Source of the DNA: Auanema rhodensis
Lineage: Eukaryota > Animalia > Nematoda
Reading direction: 5' to 3'
Length of the DNA: 64,000 nt
NCBI GenBank assembly: GCA_964057225.1
Contig: OZ059897.1
Location: 13,826,001 to 13,890,000 of the forward strand
Made by a program: the position numbers and the translations under genes. Positions 27,101 through 43,289 of the stretch are shown here, in pieces. A model generated the notes under the pieces. That model searched no databases. It was not told the DNA's origin and worked only from the letters and a program-made list of their open reading frames with translations. Numbering within the stretch: position 1 is the stretch's first letter; every line of letters starts with the position of its first letter.

Positions 27101-30100
27101 AGGCATTAAATGCCCTTAAGCAATGGAAGAACTTGCGCTATTACTGGTGGGATATCCTAAATTCAATGACAATTGCCTCTTGCTTTTTCCGTTTCTTTTC
27201 ATACATTCCTCCATCAGATTTCATCATCAGTGATTTGTATAAGCGAGCGTAGGATCAAGCAAGTCTTCGGGCTGGGGTGATTGAGAGAACGGCTACACGG
27301 ATGGCTACTCTACTATAACAAGGTGCGTAGGAGAAAGATGAAATGACTATGAAAAAACCTGTTAGCCGGAGTGTAAAATGAGGAAAAGGCGTAGCAAAAG
27401 AGATGCCTATGATATACAAGTCTAACGAGCACATTATGACAAATCTAAATGTCTTTTCTGAATTGTCATCTAGCTATTTGTGCTTAGTTTGACTTCTGAA
27501 TTCCGAGACAAGCCTCTAAATCATTCATATCCTTTCAAGTGTTGCTTCAATATAAGGCAATGCTTAGAAGAATGTTGCATCACTGATACGATTAATATTT
27601 CTTTCCCATACATAAGCAACTTCAGCGAAAAATTGGATTCCTGAGAACAATATGAATGATTTTGGATAAAAATTTAGAAGAAAAGACCTGAAAGTTTGCT
27701 TGTGCACTGCATGCTAGATCTTGTGTCATTTGCGGGCTATTTCCAAAATTCTGGATTTCGATAGCCGAATCGGAAGACATCTTATGCGATTTTGGAATTT
27801 CTTCTTTCAAATTGGGTTCTCATTTGCCAATCAATGCAGCCCAATTATTTTTTTTGAACTTCTTAGTTGAAATCTACCTAGAGGTCAAAAGGCGTGTGAA
27901 GTTCGTTGGTCAGCTAAATGGCAACCAGAAATTCAAGGAGACACTTTATGACATTGAACATTTAGAAGATAATTCTCATGATTAAGTTGAAGTAAAATGT
28001 TTGGCTTAAAGGGTGAATCAATTAAATTCACTTATATTTACCTCAATTATGGGATTTCTTTGTTCGTTGTAGATCAAATCAAGTAACATTTTCAATTAAG
28101 TGGCAGACATATAACTAGAAAAACGTCATAATGCATGAGCATTACTTCAGACTAACAATCGTGTTTAGCAGCTTCTCTCTTTATTCAGTTTTCATTCACA
28201 TTTCTATCTCTTTCTCTTTCTTACTGCTACGATTATCATTACTTTGATGTCAGTTAGATGCCGCCAATGATCATCAAATTCTCGAGGTCATCTAAAAGAC
28301 TTCTCCTTTTTTTGGTGTAAAGTTGGCAACCTTGATTTCAAAAATACTGCTTCAATTTGGCAAAGCAGGGTCGCCCTAGCCACAACAAATCACGTACTTG
28401 CGTGTGACCACTGTTGATTCAATATGCCAGGTTTACAAGGATATGCATTTTAGTTGAAGCTTACATCATATTAAAAGTGTATTAAAGAGAAGCCTACCAT
28501 CTCTAACTGACATCAAAGTAATGATAATCGTACAAATTAATGAATAGGAAACCTACAAAAAAAAACGAAAGAAAAAAGACAAAATTCCTGAAATGCTTTG
28601 TGGGACATAGTAGTAGTTTTAGGACAAAAAAGGGAAAACTGTTAACATCTGAAATACTTTTTATTATTTTCATTTCTCTTTCAAGACATTAAGGAATGAA
28701 GCAGTAACAGTGAAATAGTATTTAATTGAGAAAAAAAAGTTCAGCTGGAACTAACTACATTAAAATTGGTCCAGGAAATGTAGAAAGTACCGGAAAAATC
28801 TTTTTTACTATGCATTTTTTTCTTTTTTCATTTTAATTTGCAGATTCTTTGGTAATTCAGAAAATAAACTTTAAATCTGAATACAACCAAGGGGTTGTAC
28901 ATTGAACAAGGAAGTAATCTAATTGAACAATCTAGTACGATCATCTTTCAAAAGTTTCCGATATGGTTGTTTGTTAATCTGTTTGTTCATTGTATAGCCC
29001 AGAATGATGAGCTCGAAACTGAGCCAAATACCTAGAAGTCGGTCAGCAAACTGAAAATTTAAAAGTTTTTGAAGGTTACTTTACAAAACCTTTACAAAAC
29101 AGAGCTGATTATCAATTGCTAAAAACAAGAGAAAAGTAATCCATCGTATTTTTGTCTAGACATGGGGGGGGATATTCCAATTGTTATATTAGTACTAGTA
29201 GAGTAAGGAAATATAATGTTTTTAATCAATATGTATTTTATTTGTAAACTTGAAAATAAGAGAGAAGTAGACAAGTCTTAGATTTGTTTATGAATTTTAT
29301 ATTCTCTAATGGTGTTATATAAGAGTTTATGTAGCGAAGCTTCAAAAATTAGGGAAAAATCGAATGGATTTCATTGATGTTGAAGTTACAAGTATTTCAT
29401 TGCTTTATCCAGTTCCCTGTTTCGTTACTTTCACCTACAGAAACTAAAGTAAATAGATGAAATTGCATGTATTCAGCTCAATATCTTCTGGTGCTGTCTT
29501 TCATATGAAAACTGGACATCCGCCTTCTAAGGGCCATAACAAAAGAAAGTTTGTTTAGCTATAAAATGTATAACATAACAAATTTTATAATAAAAAAGGA
29601 AACAATATAAAGGGAAAAACTTAAAAATTCATTAAAATGATTTCAATTCATATGATATTCATTTCAAAAATGATTATTATCAATAGTAGTAGTAGTAATA
29701 GAATAAGTAACTAACATTATATGCTTTAATAACATCTGTATTATGCTTTTTATCTATGTTATTTAAATAATAATAATTTAAATATTTATAAATTATATTT
29801 ATAGCTCCTGTAACTACCACTCGTTCTCCAGCTGATGCTGCTAAGGATGCTGCAGTTCCAAATGCTGTTCCAGAAGATTTAACTCCCGTAACTCGATGTG
29901 AAGATGTTCTAGCTCATTCTAACCGCTCATCTGAGGTATTTTCATAATTAACAACAGAAAATAATTTTAAAATTATTCAGTTGATGGCTCTTTCTGGTCT
30001 TATAAACAGTGTCGAAGATAACTTTGGAAGAACTATGTTGTCAATTGATGAAGTTACCAAAAGTGTCGCTAGTGGTTGTGTTCCACAGGTAATTCCAACA

Positions 30101-32366
30101 ATTAAACCTTGAAATTTGAAAAATATTTTTTCTTCTAGCTTCAAGAACAAGGAGTTGATTGCTCAAAAAATCTCTGTTATCATTTAGTGTACAGAACTTT
30201 AGATGGTACATGTAATAATCTCAAAAAACCTATGCAAGGTGCTGCCTTCCGTAAATATATCAGACATTTCCCATCGCAATATGATGATAATCTAGGAGAA
30301 CCAATTGGTAAAATCTTTTGTTGCTAACTAAAAATTTTATTTTATATTCAGCTTCAATCACCAATTCGAGACCAACCGCTAGAGAATCCAACCGTGTTAT
30401 GCTTTCATCTGCTCAATCTGTTGTTCATGATAAAGTAAGAATATTTCTTTATTACCTTTATTATTTATTTTTTTCTAGTTTAACAACAACATGATGCAAT
30501 TTGGTCAATTTATGTCTCACGATATGGCTAAGACCACTCTTCAACCTTCAGCTCAATGTAAAACTTGTGAACCAATCAAGTCTAAGTGTATGCCAATCAT
30601 GATTACAGCTAAAGATCCAAACTCTTCGTATGTTTACACTAGTTATAACAACAATCTCTAACAATTCGAAATTACAGTTTCAAGCAGAAGCAATGCTTAA
30701 AGGTTTCTCGATCAGCTCCAATTTGTCATATTACCCCCCGTGAACAACTGAATGAGAATACAGCTTACATTGATGGATCCATGATTTATGGATCATCACC
30801 AAAAGATCTTCATAAATTCCGTGAAGGACGTACCGGACTTTTGAAAATGAGTAGATTCAATGATCAAGTATGTTTTTCATGTCACGTGAATTTCCACGTA
30901 AAAGATTTATTTTTTTTATTTTTTTGCTTAAATCTGATTGAAGCGGTTGTCTTATAATCATTGATATTTTCAGCTTGTTCTTCCATTTGATCAATCAAAA
31001 TGCGCTAACAAAGACAAGTGCACAGCTTCTTTCACTGCTGGTGATATTCGTGCTAATCTCTTCATTGGACTTAGTTCATTCCATATTCTTTTTGCTAGAG
31101 AACATAACAGGTAGCAATAGTCCTATATCATATATGTTAACATAATTATATTTACAGAATTGCTCGTCGTCTTCAAGAATTGAATTCTGCTTGGAGTGGT
31201 GACAGAGTTTTCCAAGAATCCAGAAAGATTGTTGGAGCTCAAATTCAGCACATTCTCTATACCGTAAAATATAAGATTTTAATTATTTAATAAAATATTA
31301 TTTTTTTAGGAATATTTACCTAAGCTTCTTGGAGTCTCTCTTGATAAAGTTATTGGAAAATACAACGGATACAAGGATGATGTTGATGCTACTATCTCTA
31401 ATGAATTTACTACATCTGCTTTCCGATTCGGACATGGAATGATTGAGGTTAGATCCATCTTAAGTTACATATATTGTATATTCTTGTAACTACAGGAATT
31501 TTACAAACGTCTCGACTTCTCTGGATCTAATATCACTCATGGAGGATTTTTCTTCGGAGACGGAGTTTTCAAATCAGGAAAAATTCTTTTTGAGGGAGGA
31601 ATTGATCCCATTCTTCGTGGATTTATGAACTCTGCTGTCAAAAGACCACACCGTATGACTCCAGCTATTACTGAGAAGATGTTCGGAACGTGAGTTTCAT
31701 TATACTTATGTGTATTCAACAATTATTTCCTTTAGAACTGACTTGGGATCATTGAATATTCAACGTGGACGTGATCATGGTATTCCTTCATACAACACAA
31801 TGAGAACATTCTGTGGACTACCTCGTGCAGCTGATTTCGAAGGACTCAAGGATATGATTTTGGACCGTAATCTTCGTATTGGACTTAGCCGTACCTACAA
31901 TACCACAGGTTCGATCTTTGCGAGCAAGTTTGATATCATTCATACGAGCTATCTTTAGATGATATTGATTTCTATGTTGGATCCATGCTTGAAGATCCTG
32001 TAGTTGGAGGTTTGGTAGGAACAACTTTGAGCTGTGTGATTGGCGAGCAGTTCAAGAGGCTTCGTGATGGTGATAGGTAATATAATTCTACATGTAACCA
32101 AGTACATCGAATAATATTCTAGGTTCTACTATGAACATCCAGGAATTTTCTCTAAGGATCAATTGGCTGAGATTAACAAATCCAGTTTATCTAAAATTAT
32201 TTGTGAAAATGCTGATCATATTGAGCTTCTCCCACAGGTTTATCCTCTTAAAGAAAATTATTTAATGTTTTTTTCATTTCAGGATGCTTTCCTCATCCCT
32301 GGAAGTCAATTGACGCCTTGCTCAGCCCTTCCAGTTGTTGATTTAACTAAATGGAAAACGAATTAA
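21190..32366 (+). CDS. Second ShK-domain animal heme peroxidase, with two ~4 kb introns
   Basis: Exon 1 (21190-21241) [17 protein letters not shown] splices in phase to 25611. The ShK domain spans 25611-25915 and coding resumes at 29805. Motifs: [57 protein letters not shown] at 32364-32366. Confidence 0.94.
24250..24325. repeat. Degenerate (TTC)n microsatellite
   Basis: Run of ttc/tgc/gtc/atc triplets in intron 1 of the peroxidase; explains the poly-Phe ORF at 24211-24396. Confidence 0.9.
28228..28532. mobile_element. 305-bp MITE-like element with perfect 31-bp terminal inverted repeats
   Basis: TACGATTATCATTACTTTGATGTCAGTTAGA at 28228-28258 is the exact reverse complement of 28502-28532. 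Both ends are TA (possible target-site duplication) and no long internal ORF is listed. Confidence 0.7.
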
Positions 32367-33053
32367 ATATGATCTGTTATACTATAGTTAAAATTCCTCA
32401 ATTCACGGTTCGAATCTCTCAAATATTGTTTTCCCCTCCAAAAACATTTTTTTCTCAGAATCAAATTTGTCGCGTGAGACGAGCAACAAAGATCAACAAA
32501 TTTATGAAATCCTATATTCTTTCCATATTTCTACCTAACCATATATAGCTCAGTTATCAAAATGACTTATGAATGATTTTTTGCCCAAAAATTTTTTTTG
32601 AAGTTAGAAAGACAAGAATTGTCAACATTTTGTTTTATTTAGAACTTTTATCTTGGTTATGCTCATAATGTGAGTCATATTAGTATTTTTAAAACAAAAA
32701 TGAACAAATTTTATTAAAAACAATCTGAATACCGGTCTAATATTGCCAAACATTTTATGTTTTTTCTCTATAACTCTTAGTTTCATAATCATTTCTATTA
32801 ACAATTTTTTTCTCGTTTTCAATTGACGATCTTGAGTATGAAAGGCCAAGCAAAGCCAAATTTTGCCACCAAAACTATATTGTACTTAGTCGTTAACACA
32901 TGATGTTTTGTTGTAAATATGATAAGCCTAGAGAATTTGCCATTTGTGTCCATAAATGTCCAATATTAATAAACCTGATTTTTATTTTATTTTATTTTAT
33001 TTAACACATCATAATCATAATACTACTATTATATTATATTTTAAATTAATATT

Positions 33054-33144
33054 AAACGCCCTCAGTATGGACCGATCAGCAAAGAAATTCTGTCCGCCCG
33101 GTCGCGTACTCATCATCAGCGCATCAAATGATGACAAAAGTCGT
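33054..33144 (-). ncRNA. SNORD43: Box C/D snoRNA, SNORD43/snR70 homologue with 5' extension (copy 1)
   Basis: Minus strand has box C ATGATGA, guide GCGACCGGGCGGA before D' CAGA, C'-like TTGCTGA, box D CTGA and a terminal stem. CGGGCGGACAGAA matches the vertebrate SNORD43 guide/D' segment as I recall it. The +5 rule targets the C in 18S CCG[C]CCG (yeast Cm1639 / human Cm1703). Confidence 0.85.
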
Positions 33145-33183
33145 GCAGATAATTGGTGCATTTTCAACTACATTACAATTAGT

Positions 33184-33200
33184 TCGTATGGTTTATGGGT
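33184..33200 (-). promoter_or_regulatory. PSE-like upstream element of snoRNA copy 1
   Basis: ACCCATAAACCATACGA at about -40 to -56; 15/17 identical to the element upstream of copy 2, while the intervening spacer has diverged. Confidence 0.65.
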
Positions 33201-33622
33201 GCTGACCGTAATAATAAAAATGAACCACCACCTATACCAAATAAATATTATTTTTAACATGTTATACATGGTTAATACAACATCAATTATGAAATAAAGT
33301 AAAAGCTAAGTAGTATGTAAGGTGGTGCAGCACTTTATGGCCAAAACTCTTGGAGATGCTCATGGATGTGCTGAGATTAAAATTGAAGAGGTTTACTATT
33401 CATTATAGGGATAATGAACTTAAAACTTAAAAGAAAGCATTTTCAGTGACAGTAATAGCCATATATATATCTATCAAATTTTGTTGAGCATCCATTATAT
33501 TATTATCTTCAGCATTATCTTCTATTTCTTTGTATTCATCATTATTTTTGAGATAAATGATATTTTCTTCAGATGGATCTAATCACAAAGATTATAAAAT
33601 ATCTTCTTGATTTTATAAAATT

Positions 33623-33713
33623 AAACGCCCTCAGTAGGGACCGATCAGCAAAAAAATTCTGTCCGCCCGGTCGCGTACTCATCATCAGCGCATCAAATGA
33701 TGACAAAAGTCGT
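33623..33713 (-). ncRNA. SNORD43: Box C/D snoRNA, SNORD43/snR70 homologue with 5' extension (copy 2)
   Basis: Differs from copy 1 at only 2 of 91 nt, both outside the boxes, the D' guide and the leader. Flanks are unrelated apart from the PSE-like element. Confidence 0.85.
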
Positions 33714-33753
33714 ACCGATTTATAGATTACATTGGTTCCAAGATACATTTGCC

Positions 33754-33770
33754 TCGTATGTTATATGGGT
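33754..33770 (-). promoter_or_regulatory. PSE-like upstream element of snoRNA copy 2
   Basis: ACCCATATAACATACGA at about -41 to -57 from the conserved 5' end. Confidence 0.65.
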
Positions 33771-33936
33771 TAAGAATATAATAAATAAAATATTATAAAA
33801 ACGAATAATGTTATAGAAAAATTAATTTATTTCAGTACTGTTTAGCACCTGAATATATACAGTAATAGTACTTTTAAATAATTACTTTCCTTTTGAGGAA
33901 GACAGTAATATGACACAGAATAAGTAAATAGATATC

Positions 33937-35134
33937 TTAACGTCTGGTTCCATCTTCGAAGAAGATTCCTCCGTCAAGAGCGCAATACTTGGGGCAAATT
34001 CCCTTTTCTCCTCCTTGTCCGTCTTTTCCTGGTCTTCCAGGATGTCCTGGAGTTCCATCTTCTCCGTTAACTCCTGGCTCTCCTGGTTGTCCCTTGTCTC
34101 CGGCGGCTCCTGGAGTTCCGTCTGGTCCTGGCTTTCCTGGTGGTCCGCGTGGTCCCTGTAATTTGATTTATTTTCGAAATATTCAAATATTAATATTTTA
34201 CCTCTGGTCCTGGTCGTCCTGGCTCTCCAGTTGGTCCTGGTTTTGGTTCGCCATTCTCTCCGGCTGGTCCAGTTGGTCCTTGTGGTCCAACAGCTCCTGG
34301 CTTTCCTGGGGCTCCTGGGCGACCCTTAACTCCTGGTTCTCCTGGAGCTCCATCTGGTCCCTTAGAACCATCAGGTCCAACATTTCCACAGCTTCCACTT
34401 GGTCCTGGTGGTCCTGGTGGTCCTGGTGGTCCACGTGGGCAAGGTTTACATGGTGGTGGTGTGACTGGTTTGCATGGTTTAGGTGGAGCACGTCCTGGGT
34501 TTCCAGGTAATCCATTAGCTCCAGCTTTTCCTGGACGTCCAGGCTCTCCAGCAGCTCCCTTGGCTCCTGGTGGCCCTGGCAAGCAGCAATTCTCGCAAAG
34601 TCCTCCATAGGTAAGTCCGGTAGCCTATAGTTCATGTCAATTAGATTAAACATATTTATGGGTTCATACCTCAACGAAAACACCGTAACCACCAGCAACA
34701 GTTGCAGGTAGTCCACTTTCAACATTCTCAGAAGATCCGTCATAAGCATTACGAGCTACACGAGTAGTGTTTTTAACAACAGGTGTAGAACGCATGAAAG
34801 AAATGTCACCAAATAAAGTTTTGGCTTCAGCCTACAAAAAATCATTTAGATCAAACAGAAAAACATGATTGACACAAACCTGACAAGTAATCATTTCATT
34901 TCTCATCTGATGACGAATACCAGATACATAGCGATGTACAATAGGCAATGAAACACTCAATGATAATACAGCTAATCCAGTGAATAAGACAGAAGCATAA
35001 CCAACGAATTGATATGCCTTAAAGAAAAACAAATAGTCTTTTAAGAAATATCATATTGTACTCAAACATTCAAACAATTAAGATGAATCTGTGTATCTAA
35101 GTATACTAACCTTATATTTCGACGAACAATCCAT
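33937..35134 (-). CDS. Nematode cuticle collagen
   Basis: MDCSSKYK|[10 protein letters not shown]...LSLSVSLP cuticle-collagen N-domain; Cys clusters; Gly-X-Y blocks; C-terminal [19 protein letters not shown]. Confidence 0.96.
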
Positions 35135-35177
35135 CCTCTTGATGGGCCTTGAAGTCTTGCCAAGGCCCGTAACGAAG

Positions 35178-35185
35178 TTTATATA
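35178..35185 (-). promoter_or_regulatory. TATA box of the collagen gene
   Basis: TATATAAA on the minus strand, 44-51 bp upstream of the ATG, with no TTTCAG-type acceptor in between. Confidence 0.65.
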
Positions 35186-36816
35186 GTCGACAAGCGGACT
35201 GATGCGAATCGGATCTGATTCTTGTTCATTTTAGGCTTTTTTTGGTGGAGTTTTTCAATGCGGACCACGGCTACGATCCGGACTTGTTGTGGGGCTAGAC
35301 CCTTCCATAGCATGTTCATTGCAGAGCGGATTGCACAAAAACACTTAAAGATCAGCTTTTCCTTAGTTCTATATTTCTATTCTCTCTTCTTCTCAGTATT
35401 TCTTAAGCTCATCTCTCACACCTTCTTAGTTTCTCTTGTTCACTTGCTTCTCTAGCAGCAAATCGTTTTCTCAACTTAATTCCAAAAAATTTAAAGAATC
35501 TTTGACATAGATAACCAATATATGAAATACTTCAGATGACGAAAGGCAAAACATGTATAGAGATCAACTTTTTATTCTTTTCTATCTACAGTATATCAAG
35601 TTATTTTATAAAAATTTATTAAATTTAATAAGAAATTTGATTTTTTTATAAGTTATTAATGAGTCAAATTTTAAAAAATGTGAATAAAACTATTTTATAT
35701 TAATTGAATGTTAATTGTTTTCTAGATTATAAATATTAGACAAGTTTATTTTTATTTTTTATCTTAATCCTAATCAGTCTTTTCTTTTCTATATGTTTTT
35801 GTGTTTGATTCTCACGAGGAACTAACTATTTCTTATATGTTCTGTCAACTGCATTTACAGAAAATATTATCATTCAACTTTCTATGAATGAACGAAAGCA
35901 TCTGATGAGATACATCAAGAGGATCATCTAGCGTGTGAAACAAAGAAATTAACACATAAAAATAAGAAAAGGTTGATTATATTCTCAGTTTTATGTTCCA
36001 GTCAGCTCCACCCAAACTGAACCACGTATAGATTATGTAGCTATGTAGACTGTGAAAACGAAAGCCGTTTTGCGCCAAAACGACGCCCTACGGCAACGAA
36101 ATCTATCGTCGACGTCAGAACGTCAACAGAATACCTTATGGCCTCTCAGCAAACAAACTGACTAATTGTAGGTAAAAATTTATAAAAAAGTTGATGAAAA
36201 TGAAATTTCAAGTAAAAAAAAAAGAAATATAGAGGTGAGATTATAATTTCTTAATTTATATTATATATAACTAACTTTAATTATTTTATAAATTCATAAC
36301 TTTTACATTTTTAGAGAATACTAACTCATTACAGAAACACAAACATAATTTTACTTGAGTTTGTTTATTTATAATTTTATAATTATCTATATAATTTATA
36401 AAAAATACATATGAAACTTATATGTATTTACGTGTATTTACACAAATTCTAATTGTACTTCCTTATTTGGGCAAAATGTTTAAAACAAATTCCATCAATT
36501 CACGTCAGATTTATCGTCAACTTCTTATTCTTAGGCTTCTTTTTTTTTCTTCTAAATGTAACCCACATCACCTGTATTTATCCGGTTTTCGTATTCTGAG
36601 AGCAGTTTCAGACATTTTAGGAAATAAAAAAAAGTGCCGCCACGATATTACGTAATTTAGTCGAAATCAGATTATCTGATAAAACAGCTGATATTCTGTA
36701 GACCAGACCTTAAATATACAAAAATATATTTTATATTTAAAAATATTTATTATATTATCATTCTTTACAATTTATTTTTCAATATTTTATCAAATATTAT
36801 GTCTTTTCAAAGAAAA

Positions 36817-42348
<5,532 letters not shown>

Positions 42349-43289
42349 ATTTCTATTAAAATAATAAAATTTTATTAATAATATTTAAAGAAAAAATTAA
42401 AAAAGAACTCGTATGGAATAGATTATAGTAAAAGTTTTAGAAATATAGTCGACGATTTTTCTTTCACTAAAGAAACGCAACTTAGTTTATAGACATGGCC
42501 TTGAAGTTAATCGAATCATGTTGCTGCCATGAGTCTTCATATGTTTTTTTTTCTTTTTATCATTGGCAAAAACGCTTTAAATATGTATGTAAACTCTTTA
42601 TTTCTCACAATTCTCTTCATAATAGTCAATATAATCATTGTTATCATCAAGCAAAGTGATAAGCTGTCATGATTTTCAATTCGTATTTTAGTTAAGAATT
42701 TAACAAAAAAAAAAGAAGGAAAAAAGAAACAATTTAAAACGATCTAAAGAACATTAGTTTGAATACTTTTATTTAATTAAAAAATATATAAAAAATTGAT
42801 ATAATTTTACTATTAAACTACAATAAAATACAATACAATACAATGAAATATGAATTGAATTCAATATATTTTTTAACTGTATATTAAATTTATTATAATT
42901 TAATATATATATATAATTATATATTTATGTTTATTAACTATGTAATTTTATTTTTTTTCATATCTTATCTGTATTATTAATTTAAAATATATTTCTTTCT
43001 TCTTATCAAAAAGATACTGTGAAAATTAGAAAATGAAATGTGTTCAATCCAAATATGCAATGAATTACACAAATCATAATTATATTAAATCAATCAATAT
43101 TTCAATAGTTTTCTATAGAAATTTTATAATTTTTAAACTTTTTTTGAATTATTTTAAATAAATATTTATATAATTAATTAGTTTATAACGTATTTTGATC
43201 ATGTGTTTTTCAAAGAAAAATATTTCATTGATCATATTGATTTTGACTCAGAATTTGTTACAATATATTGTTGGTTCTTTTACACTCAG

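Noticed and set aside
11300-29800. AGGTCA nuclear-receptor half-sites as a moulting enhancer signature
   Set aside because: The number seen is about what base composition predicts (roughly 3 per 10 kb).
32956-33297. 113-aa ORF over snoRNA copy 1
   Set aside because: Copy 2 preserves only the RNA body and promoter element, not the reading frame.
33989-34749. 173-aa (+) and 183-aa (-) ORFs
   Set aside because: Shadow frames of the collagen Gly-X-Y codon repeats.
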